Origin: Planctomycetota bacterium
GTDB lineage: Bacteria > Planctomycetota > SZUA-567 > H5-PLA8
DNA length: 64,000 bases
Direction of reading: 5' to 3'
Assembly: GCA_045863855.1 (NCBI GenBank)
Contig: BTVV01000001.1
Coordinates: 32,001-96,000 of the forward strand
Positions 27,621-37,028 of the stretch are shown here, one piece after another (positions within the stretch are counted from its first letter, which is position 1; each line of letters opens with the position of its first letter). The position numbers were made by a program, and so were the translations under genes. The notes beneath the pieces were generated by a model. It had not been told where the DNA came from and did no database searches. It worked only from the letters and a program-made list of their open reading frames with translations.

Positions 27621-29741
27621 ATGCCGGCGACGGCGGTGGTGGCGCTTGCGGAGCAGATCGACCGGCGCGCGGCGGTGTACGGCGTGCGTTTCGATCCGGG
27701 CGGTCGCGAGAGCGCCTTACGATTTGCGTTCGCGACGCGGGTGGTATTGCAAGCCGGAGCGCGGCCGGGGTACGCGGTGGCGGGGATTCCGCTGGGCGCT
27801 TGGGACGAGCGCGCGCCGGCGGTGGCGGGCGTGCGGGGCGGGCCGCTGTCGGGGTTGCGGCTGGGCACGCGGGCGCAGGCGTACGTGTACGCGGAGGGGC
27901 GAGCTTTCGCGCTGCTGACGGGAAGCGTGGTGAACGTGCGGCAGGATCTGGGCGCGGACGAGGCGGAGGTGACGATACTGGACGACCGCTGGCTGCTGGA
28001 GGGCGTGCCGGTGGCGGGGCAATTCAGGTACGATCCGCGCTCGGAATCGGCTGCGTACACGGAGCGCGGTCCGTGCCGATTCAATCCGGACGGGCAACCG
28101 AATTGCATCGATGCGCCGGGTGGGCCGCTATTCGCGCCTTGGCCGAATTTCGGCCGGGCCGACGGTTCGCCGGAGCCGTGGCCGGGGCAGGCGAAGAAGG
28201 AGGCTCGCGCGTGGCGGCACGCGGATATCGTGGCCTACTTTATTCGCACCCTGGCCACGGCGGAATTCGCGGGGCTGACGGCGGCGTATCCGTATTTTAC
28301 GCGCGTGGACGGGGATAAATTAAGGATACCGGAGACGCTGGGCGCGGCGCTTTTGGGCGATGCGGAGCACGCGGCGGAGGACGCTCGCGGGCGCGCGGGC
28401 TTCGGCGCGGCGGATCGCGAGGGATCGTCGTCGGCGCAGCGGGCGCCGGACTTGGCGCTGGAGGGCTGGGACTTGCTTTCGGCGCTGGACCGCGTGGTAT
28501 CGAGCGCGGGCGCGTACGCGCTGGATTGCGCGCCGGAGGATGCGGAGGGCATGCGGAGCGTGCTGCGGATCGTGCCGGCGCGGTACGTGGACGGCGCTCG
28601 GGACGGTTTGCGGATCGTCCGGCCGTCGGGCGGGACGCTGGCGACGCATGCGCGGGGGCCGAGCGCGAGCGGGGGCGCATTGGAGGAGGACGCGGGCGGG
28701 GTCTTCACGTGCGTGGCGGCGGCGGGGAGCGCGGCGGCGCTGGAGCGGCGGCTGGCGTTCGATCCGGAGGCGCCGGGCGGCGGCTTGCAGGCGGGCTGGA
28801 GCGCGGCGGAGGAAGACGCGTTCAAGGCGTATATCGCGGAGCATCCGGAGCATCCGAATTCGGCGGAAGCGTTTTTGGAGGCGGCGTGGCGCTGGCCGCG
28901 GGTCTTCGCGGCGTATCAGATCGATCCGAATTTCGACCTGCATGCGGGTACGAAATACGCGGGCGTGCCGCGCGCGACGGCGCATCCGCCGCTGCTTCCG
29001 TATCTCTTGAGCGGCGCTCACGAGGAGTCGCCCGGCGGCGCGAAGGGGCGGGCATTTCCGCTGCCGATCGCGGTGGAATTACGCAACGATGAGGAGGCAT
29101 GGCGGGCGCGGACGCAGTTGGACGGCTTGGAGACGGACGCGGACGGGACGCTGTGGCTGACGGGGCTGCGCGAGGCGGGCTTGCACGAAGCCGAGGCCGG
29201 AACATTCAAAGGCACTCCAAGCGAACCGGACGAACTGGCTCCGCGCGCGCTGCGGGTGACGCTCGCGGTGCAACTCGACAAGCGCGCGGTATCCGCGGCG
29301 GGCTTGGCGGGATCGGGGAGCGGAGACGTGGCGCTGGCCGATCCGAACGCGGAGGCGGCGGCGCTGGAGCCGGGTTTGGTTCGGACATACTGGGCCGACG
29401 CGGACGGCGCGTACGTGGAGCATTTGCGCGCGGGGAGCTGGCCGGTTCCGCAAAGCGTAGAGGGAGCGGAAGCGGCGGAAGACCGGGCGGCGGAAGGCTC
29501 GGAGCTGCGCGGGTGCGCCGAGCGCTTGCGCGCTCACGCCCAACGGCGGCTCGCGGAGCTGGCTCGTCCGCGCAAGACGGGGCGGCTGGTCTTTCCGGGC
29601 GCGGTACTGTGGTCGCCGGGGGCGGCGGTGGAGGCGTTGGCGAACGCGGGGAGCGAGCGCGGGGCGTATCCGGTGCGCGGGGTGGTGGCGAAGGTGATTC
29701 ATGAGTACGGGAGAGGGGAGACGGTGGTGGAGTTGGTGTAG
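27621..29741 (+). CDS. Putative baseplate hub/tail-tip protein
   Basis: AGGAGG RBS; 706 aa; ends VVAKVIHEY..ETVVEL as in hub-type proteins. Confidence 0.55.
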   Translation: MPATAVVALAEQIDRRAAVYGVRFDPGGRESALRFAFATRVVLQAGARPGYAVAGIPLGAWDERAPAVAGVRGGPLSGLRLGTRAQAYVYAEGRAFALLTGSVVNVRQDLGADEAEVTILDDRWLLEGVPVAGQFRYDPRSESAAYTERGPCRFNPDGQPNCIDAPGGPLFAPWPNFGRADGSPEPWPGQAKKEARAWRHADIVAYFIRTLATAEFAGLTAAYPYFTRVDGDKLRIPETLGAALLGDAEHAAEDARGRAGFGAADREGSSSAQRAPDLALEGWDLLSALDRVVSSAGAYALDCAPEDAEGMRSVLRIVPARYVDGARDGLRIVRPSGGTLATHARGPSASGGALEEDAGGVFTCVAAAGSAAALERRLAFDPEAPGGGLQAGWSAAEEDAFKAYIAEHPEHPNSAEAFLEAAWRWPRVFAAYQIDPNFDLHAGTKYAGVPRATAHPPLLPYLLSGAHEESPGGAKGRAFPLPIAVELRNDEEAWRARTQLDGLETDADGTLWLTGLREAGLHEAEAGTFKGTPSEPDELAPRALRVTLAVQLDKRAVSAAGLAGSGSGDVALADPNAEAAALEPGLVRTYWADADGAYVEHLRAGSWPVPQSVEGAEAAEDRAAEGSELRGCAERLRAHAQRRLAELARPRKTGRLVFPGAVLWSPGAAVEALANAGSERGAYPVRGVVAKVIHEYGRGETVVELV

Positions 29742-29858
29742 GAGGGAGTTGGGCGAACAAGGTAAAGAGTAAGGGGCGTGAGGTGAGCGGTGAGCGGTGA
29801 ACGGGAAGGGCAAACGGCAAACGGAAATTTCGCCTCAAAAATATACTTCAAATTCAAG

Positions 29859-29930
29859 GGCACCCCCCATCCTGCCTTCCCCCACAGGGGGGGAAGGTTT
29901 CATCACGGCGCTGCGCGCCTTGAAGGGCAA
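29859..29930. repeat. REP-like family B copy 1
   Basis: GGCACCCCCCATCCTGCCTTCCCCCACAGGGGGGGAAGGTTTCATCACGGCGCTGCGCGCCTTGAAGGG; also at 33835 and 35089. Confidence 0.9.
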
Positions 29931-30019
29931 GGGCTGCTTTGCGCTACGCGCCTCAAAGGTCAAGCGCGGCTTTGCGCTACGCGCTCTCTATGGATTCATT
30001 CCGTTCTGGAGGCTCTTTC

Positions 30020-30598
30020 GTGCACGCTCCGCTGGAGGATCTGACGACGCTGCGGAAACTCGCGCTGGGCGAGCGAACTCGAGCGCTGGCGGCGGGGCCG
30101 GCGGGGCGGACGCGGGTGCGGCCGGCGGGGGCGATGGGACAGCCGTACGACGTGCTGGCGATCGACTTCTACGACGGCGAAGCGCTGAGCGTCCAGCCGG
30201 TCCCGGGCGATACGGCATTCGCGTACGGGGCGGCGGTGGCGATCGATCCGGCTTGGGCGCTGGCTCCGTACTCGATCTTGTGGTGCGAAAGCCCGCCGCT
30301 GGAACTGGACGACGCGGCTTTGGGGGGATCGTTCTTGAGCTTCGTGGAGCTGACGCTGGATGACGCGAGCGTGGCGGCGTTGAATCCGTTGCGCGTGAAC
30401 GCCGAGGGCGGCGCGGTCTACGCGGAGCCGGGCTTTTTGAATCCGGTGGAGACGATCGGGCCGGCGCGGCGCATCGTGAACGCTCGGCGCGTCGTCCAGG
30501 CCGACGGCCCGGGGACGGCGACGGCGACGGTTTTTCCGGGGCTGGCGTTTATGGTTTTCTTTCGTTCGCGGGAGGGGCGGTTTCGGGAAGCGCCGTGA
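30020..30598 (+). CDS. Hypothetical protein, last gene of the cluster
   Basis: GGAGG plus GTG; cluster-like codon use; followed by a terminator. Confidence 0.6.
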   Translation: MHAPLEDLTTLRKLALGERTRALAAGPAGRTRVRPAGAMGQPYDVLAIDFYDGEALSVQPVPGDTAFAYGAAVAIDPAWALAPYSILWCESPPLELDDAALGGSFLSFVELTLDDASVAALNPLRVNAEGGAVYAEPGFLNPVETIGPARRIVNARRVVQADGPGTATATVFPGLAFMVFFRSREGRFREAP

Positions 30599-30631
30599 GT
30601 TTTGCCGTACCGGATTCAATGGGCGGGGCGG

Positions 30632-30659
30632 AGCGGAGCGGGGGGGCTCCGCTTTTTTT
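30632..30659 (+). terminator. Rho-independent terminator
   Basis: AGCGGAGC-loop-GCTCCGCT followed by a T run. Confidence 0.75.
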
Positions 30660-30742
30660 GTTTCGGGGTTGGGGGGCGGTCGATGCACGGCGATTGTTTG
30701 AAATGATCGAAAAGGCCGCCAGACTTCGCTTAAGTTTTTGGC

Positions 30743-31138
30743 ATGACTCCGGCGGTTGCGCTATGGCTGTTGCTGATCCTCGGCTTTTGCCTGATGGCCG
30801 TGTTCGTGTACGTCCTGTACCGCATCGGTAAAGCGCTGCTGGCGGAAGAGCAGACGTTTCTTTCCGAGATCGTTTTGGCGACGCTGTTCACGGGTTTGTG
30901 CACGGCCGTCGCGAGCAGAACGATCTACGCGTTCGCGGGCTTTAAGGACCCCCAGTACGTGGTGGTGCTCTTCATGAGCTTTTTCATGCTGAGCGTCCTG
31001 GCGAGTACGGCCTATGGGTTACATCGCATGAGCGGACAGAAGGTTTCGGGCGCTCGCGCCCGGATCGTGAACCTCCTCTTGATGTGGATCGTTACGTGCA
31101 GTCCGTGGTTCTTCATTTTGTATGCGGTATTTGGCTAA
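30743..31138 (+). CDS. Hypothetical 4-TM membrane protein
   Basis: Four hydrophobic helices. Confidence 0.75.
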   Translation: MTPAVALWLLLILGFCLMAVFVYVLYRIGKALLAEEQTFLSEIVLATLFTGLCTAVASRTIYAFAGFKDPQYVVVLFMSFFMLSVLASTAYGLHRMSGQKVSGARARIVNLLLMWIVTCSPWFFILYAVFG

Positions 31139-31219
31139 GGCTAGGGCGGGATGGGTTGCGGTTGCGGAGGGCCGGACCTAGGCGCGACTGATATGCGGCA
31201 TACGGTACAGGCATTCCTC

Positions 31220-31475
31220 GCACCCCTGCCGGGGTGCGCACGCGAAGGAGAGGCTGGGTTCCGGGGGTGGCGCGCGCTCACAAGCGCGCTTACCCCCGGC
31301 TCATGTCTTGTGCCGCTCCGCGGCGCGGGCCACGGCCACTGCCTTGAGCCGCTTTGCGGCACCCCTGCCGGGGTGCGTACGCGAAGGAGAGGCTGGGTTC
31401 CGGGGGTGGCGCGCGCTCACAAGCGCGCTTACCCCCGGCTCATGTCTTGTGCCGCTCCGCGGCACGGGCAACGGC
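31220..31475. repeat. Tandem ~116 bp palindromic repeat, period 139 (REPIN/BIME-like)
   Basis: GCACCCCTGCCGGGGTGC...CCGGGGGT..ACCCCCGG unit at 31220 and 31359. Confidence 0.9.
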
Positions 31476-31568
31476 TCCAGATTTGTGCCTTTCCGCGGCA
31501 CGGGCCACGGCTACAGATTTATGCCGCTTCGCGGTGCGAACCACGGCGAGCAGGTTCGAGGAGTGCGC

Positions 31569-31976
31569 TTAGAAAAAGGTATCCAGGTAGGCGGCGGCTT
31601 CGGGCGAGAGGCCGACGATTTTGTTCGTGGCTTGGCGGTAGAATTTGAAGTTGAGTTCCGTTTCGGGGCGGCCGTCGTTCCAGTTGGAGCAGGGTTTCAG
31701 TTCGGATCGGCCGAGGCGGCGCTTGGCGCGCGCGGTGCACTTCACGACGATGCTTACGCAAGGCGTCTGGCGTTCGACGCCCGGCCTTCTGGGGATGCTC
31801 TTGGCCGCGGTGACGACCCCGCGCGCGACGAGGCCCGGGCCGCCTTCGTTCTCGCTTGCGAAGAGAAAGATCCGGTCGCCGACGGCGATGCGTTTGCCGC
31901 CGTACATCGTTTTCTGTTTGGGGAACGCGAGCGATTTAGCTCGGGGATCGTCGATCCGGGTTTTGATGGCGTACAT
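31569..31976 (-). CDS. Conserved hypothetical protein, EVE/PUA-like
   Basis: KTMYGGKRIAVGDRIFLFASENEGG..ARGVV pattern. Confidence 0.7.
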   Translation of the reverse strand: MYAIKTRIDDPRAKSLAFPKQKTMYGGKRIAVGDRIFLFASENEGGPGLVARGVVTAAKSIPRRPGVERQTPCVSIVVKCTARAKRRLGRSELKPCSNWNDGRPETELNFKFYRQATNKIVGLSPEAAAYLDTFF

Positions 31977-32023
31977 GGGTTCGGATTCTCCGGAGACGAG
32001 GCGGGGGCATTCAAAGTTCATAA

Positions 32024-33058
32024 CTATTCGGATGGGCTTGGCGCGGGGCGTTCGTCGGGCAGGCCGACGTCGGCGGGGGTCGGGGGTTCGGGGGGCGCGG
32101 GGATCTGGACCGGTTCGACGGTTTCGAAGTCGGGCCAGCCGGGGATTTCGGCGACGAGGGCGGCGAACCAATGCAGTTTGCCCTTCGGCGCGGGAAGCGG
32201 ATCGGGCAGGCGCAGGGTCACGGCGCCTTCGCGGCCGGCGCCGGCCGGGAGCGGCGTTTCGGGCTCGCTGAGGAATTCGGCGCGATGTACGCATTCGAGG
32301 CGTTGGGTGACCGATTTTTGCCACCACTTGGCTTTGGGAAAATAGGCGTCGACGCCCAGCAGGATCACTTTGACGGCCACGCGCGTATCGCGGCGGGCTT
32401 CGATCTTCCAGGCCACCCGGACTTCTCCTGCGGCGTTCGCGTGCAGCGGCGTGTGCAGCGCGGCGCGGAGCACCCTGACGGCGAGGTAGCCGTGCATGCA
32501 GTTGAGCGCGTGAATGTTGAAGAGCGCGGCGGCGAGCGCGCAGGGGATCGCCACGAAATGCGTGACGGAGCCGCTCCAGAAGACCCCGGCCAGCGCGAGG
32601 TCGTAAGCCAGCACGCCGGCGGCGATGGGCAGGGCGTAGCGCGCATTGCGTAAGGGATGGCCGAGGGAGCTCATGCCGGCGGAATCGACCGGGATGTCCT
32701 TGCCGAGTTCGGAGAGGCGTTTGCCGAAGGCGGTGGGTTCGGGTTTGCGGGCGTGCCAATATTCGAGGGCGCTCCAGACCAGGAGCATGTAGGCGAAGGA
32801 GCCCAGGCCCAGGACCCAAGCGCGGTTGGCGGCGCGGTAGCGTTCGCGTTCTTCTTCGCGCCGGGCTTCGCGGACGGGATCGCGTTCGAGCTGCACGGGG
32901 CCGGGCGGTTCGTCGGGCCCGCGTTGCGCGCGTTGGAAAAAGATTCCGGCGGCGACGGCGAGGAAGATACCGGCCAGCATGACGAAGATGCAGCATCCGG
33001 GCGCGCAGCCGTCGGCGGTTTCGGCGGGGGGCGTGGCGGGCGGGGGCGCGTCGGGCAT
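32024..33058 (-). CDS. Hypothetical membrane protein
   Basis: Four TM segments plus a beta-rich C-terminal domain. Confidence 0.7.
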   Translation of the reverse strand: MPDAPPPATPPAETADGCAPGCCIFVMLAGIFLAVAAGIFFQRAQRGPDEPPGPVQLERDPVREARREEERERYRAANRAWVLGLGSFAYMLLVWSALEYWHARKPEPTAFGKRLSELGKDIPVDSAGMSSLGHPLRNARYALPIAAGVLAYDLALAGVFWSGSVTHFVAIPCALAAALFNIHALNCMHGYLAVRVLRAALHTPLHANAAGEVRVAWKIEARRDTRVAVKVILLGVDAYFPKAKWWQKSVTQRLECVHRAEFLSEPETPLPAGAGREGAVTLRLPDPLPAPKGKLHWFAALVAEIPGWPDFETVEPVQIPAPPEPPTPADVGLPDERPAPSPSE

Positions 33059-33315
33059 GTTTGGTGCGGTGAGTTTAGCGGCAAAACGGGAACGAATTCA
33101 AAGTTCAAAATTTTAAATTCAAAAAGTGGGGGTCATTGGGCGGCTGCGCAGCATTTTAATGCCACTCGCCGAGGGAATTAACTCTTAGCGGTCTCGCATA
33201 CGTTTCATTCGTTCATGGAGCGCGCTGCGCGCGACTGTTGAGTCCACCTCCCCTGCCCCTCCTTGGCAAGGAGGGGATACGGCCCGTCAAAGGCCAAAGA
33301 ACTCGGCGAGGCCGC

Positions 33316-33579
33316 TTAGCTCCCGGTTTGCTGCTGCTTCTTTTTCTGCTCCTCTTCTTCGCGCATCTTGCGTTCGAGTTCGAAAAGCGCGTCCTTGTCT
33401 TCGGGATCGATCCCGTACATGGCGAGCAGGTGGCTGAGCACTTTGAGGCGCTGGGTCTTGCGGAGCATGTGTTCGGCGGCGCATTTGGGGCAGATGGGGT
33501 GCGCGTCGGCTCCGGCGCCGACTTCCCAGTCGTCGGGGAGCGGGCCTTCGCATTGGGAGCAGGTGCGGACTTGGGCCAT
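33316..33579 (-). CDS. Small zinc-ribbon protein
   Basis: CSQC..CPKC plus a charged helical tail. Confidence 0.65.
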   Translation of the reverse strand: MAQVRTCSQCEGPLPDDWEVGAGADAHPICPKCAAEHMLRKTQRLKVLSHLLAMYGIDPEDKDALFELERKMREEEEQKKKQQQTGS

Positions 33580-33834
33580 GGCGATACGGAGGACTCCGCG
33601 CCTGAGCAGATTCGATAAGGGTCGGCGCCGGCTGGGCGCTTTTGCGTCGGAGTTCATCTTGCCCCCTTGGGCGCTGGCGTCAATAGGGCTGCGGGCACAG
33701 GTGCGTCGTCGGGACGCGCCGGGGCCTCCTTATATATAGGGGCGGGCGGGGAGAGGAGGGGTTACGGGCGATTTCGGATTGCGAATGGAACGGCGGGGGC
33801 CACCGCGACGGCTACTGCAACGGCGAACAGCTAC

Positions 33835-33965
33835 GGCACCCCCCATCCTGCCTTCCCCCACAGGGGGGGAAGGTTTCATCACGGCGCTGCGCGCCTTGAA
33901 GGGCAACGGATTATTTCGCGCTTACGCGCTGGTACGGCAACGGCTTCGGCGCTTACGCGCTGCTA
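33835..33965. repeat. REP-like family B copy 2 (131 bp)
   Basis: Matches 35089-35219 with 2 mismatches. Confidence 0.9.
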
Positions 33966-33983
33966 GGGCAAGGGTTTTGGCGC

Positions 33984-34997
33984 TTAAAGGTCAGGCCGCA
34001 GCGCTCGTTTGGCTTTTTCCAACTTGGATTGGTTCCATCCATACAGGCTCGCGATCAACCGAATCGCTTGCCCCGAGCATTCGGCATCCAGTTGCACGGC
34101 ATCCTCTTGCTTGGTCCATTCGGCAACCGGAAGGCGCACGGGATGGTCGGGGCGGGCTTCGAGCAGAACCTGTTCGGGCGGTCGCTCGAATTCGCCCAGG
34201 GCGATGGTCGTCCAGAAAACGGAGGCAGGCGGGTCGAGCGTGGCTTCGCGGTTGAGCGCCGCCGCGGCTTCCGCGTATCGATCAGTTGCTAAACCTCCTC
34301 CGAATTTAATGTGGTACGGCTCGCCGAGGGCTGCCAGCGCTTCGAGACTGAACCGGCCAGCTTCGCGGTCCGGGCCGATCATCAACCGCGCGCCGTGCGG
34401 ATTGAGTCCGTGGGGCTCGGAATCCACGCATTCGACTTCGCAGGAGGCATTCGTCGCGACAAGTACGAAAGCACCGGGCGGCCGGTCTTCGACGCGAAAA
34501 TGTCGCTCCAGACCGAGCACTTCAAGCGTTTGCATCCAGCGGGCGCGCCGGATCGAGAGATCGCGATGCGCCGGTGAATTCCCTCCGACGTGGAAATAGA
34601 AAAAGCGGGCCGCTTGACGCCGGCCGCAAGCGACCGTAAGCGCGGTGTATTTCACATCGAAACGAGCGGAGGGCGCCAGATCCGAGAGCAGTACCGAAAC
34701 CAGGCACTGATCGAATGGGTTGTAGCACCGATCTTGGATGCGGTTGCAATAGAGCAAACCGTCTGCCGTCGCCGGCACGTGAGCGTCGAGCGAGACGTCC
34801 AGCATCGTGAAGGGCTTCAGGTCAGGTAGTTGCCGACGGTGGAGGTTCAATAGCAACGAATTCTTTTTAGCGTAAATTTTGAACTTAAGCCCTTCGATCC
34901 GGCTGCGCCATTCGGCCAGCGTTTGACTTAGCGCTTCGCGTTCGATGGTAGCCACCGTGAATTCATCAAAGCAGGCTCTCATGCCGCAGCGCTCCAT
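33984..34997 (-). CDS. Hypothetical protein, lower GC
   Basis: 337 aa ORF filling the space between two direct repeats. Confidence 0.65.
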   Translation of the reverse strand: MERCGMRACFDEFTVATIEREALSQTLAEWRSRIEGLKFKIYAKKNSLLLNLHRRQLPDLKPFTMLDVSLDAHVPATADGLLYCNRIQDRCYNPFDQCLVSVLLSDLAPSARFDVKYTALTVACGRRQAARFFYFHVGGNSPAHRDLSIRRARWMQTLEVLGLERHFRVEDRPPGAFVLVATNASCEVECVDSEPHGLNPHGARLMIGPDREAGRFSLEALAALGEPYHIKFGGGLATDRYAEAAAALNREATLDPPASVFWTTIALGEFERPPEQVLLEARPDHPVRLPVAEWTKQEDAVQLDAECSGQAIRLIASLYGWNQSKLEKAKRALRPDL

Positions 34998-35088
34998 TTT
35001 CGATAGGCTCTTATGATGCCCATTTGGGCTTGTTCAGGCAAGAGATGACGGTGAGCAGTTAACGGTAAACGGCAACGGCAAGGTCACA

Positions 35089-35219
35089 GGCACCCCCCAT
35101 CCTGCCTTCCCCCACAGGGGGGGAAGGTTTCATCACGGCGCTGCGCGCCTTGAAGGGTAACGGATTATTTCGCGCTTACGCGCTGCTACGGCAACGGCTT
35201 CGGCGCTTACGCGCTGCTA
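35089..35219. repeat. REP-like family B copy 3 (131 bp)
   Basis: Direct repeat of 33835-33965. Confidence 0.9.
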
Positions 35220-35276
35220 CGGCAACGGATTATTCGCGCTTTCGCGCTGCTCACTTCCCACTATCTTGAACGCGCT

Positions 35277-36854
35277 ATGGGTACGCTCCCGCCAAACTCC
35301 GATGCTCCCACTCCGCCCTCAACCCTGGGCCTCGACGACTTGCGCCGCTGCGTGGAACTCTTGGAGCGAATCGTCGCTGACCGGGGACTCTTGGCGGACG
35401 CTCCGCCGGAGTTGCGCCGGGCGCTCTTGATGGCCGCGGGACGCGTCTCGCGGCCGGGTTCGCGCGAGGAACGCAAACTGGCGAAGGCGTTCCGGAAGGG
35501 CGACCGGCGGCGGGTGCGCGAGCGCGACCGAGAGGCTGTGAAGGCGGCGGAGATCCGGGTGGCGCGGGAAGCGCCGGTCTTCGTGGCTCCGGAAGCGCGC
35601 ACGCTGCCGCCAGCGGAAGCCGAAGCTCGGCCGGACTTGCTGACGGCGAAGGATTGCTACGTCTGCAAGCGGGCGTACACGAAGGTGCACTTCTTCTACG
35701 ATTCGATGTGCCCCGACTGCGCCGCGTTCAATTACGCCAAACGCTTCCAGTCGGCGCCGCTGGACGGGCGCGCCGCGCTGGTCACGGGCGCTCGGGTGAA
35801 AATCGGCTTCCAGACGGCGTTGAAACTCTTGCGCGCCGGCGCGAGCGTGGTGGCGACGACGCGCTTCCCGCACGACGCGGCCGAACGCTACTCGCGCGAG
35901 CCGGATTTCGCGGCATGGCGCGAGCGCTTGCAGATCCACGGACTGGACTTGCGGCATTCGCCGAGCGTCGAACTCTTCGCGCGTTATCTCGCTCAGCGCT
36001 TGGGCCGCTTGGATATCCTGATCAACAACGCCTGCCAGACGGTGCGCCGTCCGCCGGGCTTCTACGCGGACTTGATCGAATTAGAGTCGAAAAAGCTGGC
36101 AGAATTGCCGGAGCCGCTGCGCGGGCCGGTGGGCGCGCATCACGAATTGAAGGCCGCTCTGGCGCAAACCGCGCTGGAACAGGGGGGCTCGGCCGACCCG
36201 GCCGGTCTGGCGGCGTGGCACGGCGGCGCGCGCGGCTCGGCGGCGGGGCTGCTGGAGTCGGCGCGCTTGTCGCTGATCCCGTACGCGTACGAGGAAACGG
36301 CTCGGCGGGAGGATCTCTTTCCGGCGGGCCGAACGGACGCGGACCGGCAGCAGGTGGACTTGCGCGCGCAGAACAGTTGGCGGCTCACACTGGCCGAGGT
36401 GCCCACGCCGGAGCTGCTGGAGGTGCATCTCGTCAACGCGGTGTCGCCGTTCATTCTGTGCAGCCGCTTGAAGCCGCTGCTGCTGAAGGATCGTTCGCGC
36501 GCGCGGTACATCGTCAACGTCTCGGCGATGGAGGGCATTTTCTCGCGCGGCACCAAGACCGCTCGGCATCCTCACACGAACATGGCGAAGGCGGCGCTGA
36601 ACATGCTGACGTGCACGTCGGCGCGGGAGTACGAACGCGACGGGATCTACATGACGGCGGTGGATACGGGTTGGGTGACGGACGAGGATCCTGCGGCGCT
36701 TGCCGAACGCAAACGGGAGGAGCTGGATTTTCAGCCGCCGCTGGACATCGTCGACGGGGCCGCTCGCGTGCTGGACCCGATCTTTTCGGGGGAGACGACG
36801 GGCCGGCCGTACTGGGGCGTATTTTTGAAGGATTACGGTCCATCGGCGTGGTGA
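35277..36854 (+). CDS. SDR-family oxidoreductase with N-terminal zinc-finger extension
   Basis: CYVC..CPDC, ALVTGARVKIG, ILINNA, VNVSAMEG, TNMAKAALN. Confidence 0.9.
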   Translation: MGTLPPNSDAPTPPSTLGLDDLRRCVELLERIVADRGLLADAPPELRRALLMAAGRVSRPGSREERKLAKAFRKGDRRRVRERDREAVKAAEIRVAREAPVFVAPEARTLPPAEAEARPDLLTAKDCYVCKRAYTKVHFFYDSMCPDCAAFNYAKRFQSAPLDGRAALVTGARVKIGFQTALKLLRAGASVVATTRFPHDAAERYSREPDFAAWRERLQIHGLDLRHSPSVELFARYLAQRLGRLDILINNACQTVRRPPGFYADLIELESKKLAELPEPLRGPVGAHHELKAALAQTALEQGGSADPAGLAAWHGGARGSAAGLLESARLSLIPYAYEETARREDLFPAGRTDADRQQVDLRAQNSWRLTLAEVPTPELLEVHLVNAVSPFILCSRLKPLLLKDRSRARYIVNVSAMEGIFSRGTKTARHPHTNMAKAALNMLTCTSAREYERDGIYMTAVDTGWVTDEDPAALAERKREELDFQPPLDIVDGAARVLDPIFSGETTGRPYWGVFLKDYGPSAW

Positions 36855-37028
36855 CGGTATGGATAACCGGTGCAGAAACCGGTGAAGTACGTGTGCAAAA
36901 CAATTTTTGAGCCCATAATTTTCGATCTTCCTCAAATGCAGGCTTCTCGCAGTGGGTTCGCGGTCTCGGATTGCTAAACTAGGTTCGACTTCTATTCGCT
37001 CAGTCCACGCGATTCCGAGGCCTCTCCC

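Larger units (their letters stand above)
8340..30598 (+). mobile_element. Phage-derived virion morphogenesis cluster (defective prophage or GTA-like); boundaries approximate
   Basis: Co-oriented lysis-like, terminase, portal, scaffold, capsid and neck/tail-like genes; no integrase or att seen. Confidence 0.8.

Noticed and set aside
23432..30598. Diversity-generating retroelement or contractile injection system
   Set aside because: No reverse transcriptase or TR/VR pair; no sheath gene, and head genes are present
31220..31475. CRISPR array
   Set aside because: Only two long palindromic units, no spacer series, no cas genes
31977..32996. N-terminal part of the listed 475 aa ORF
   Set aside because: Arg-rich out-of-frame overlap of 32024-33058; only 31569-31976 looks real
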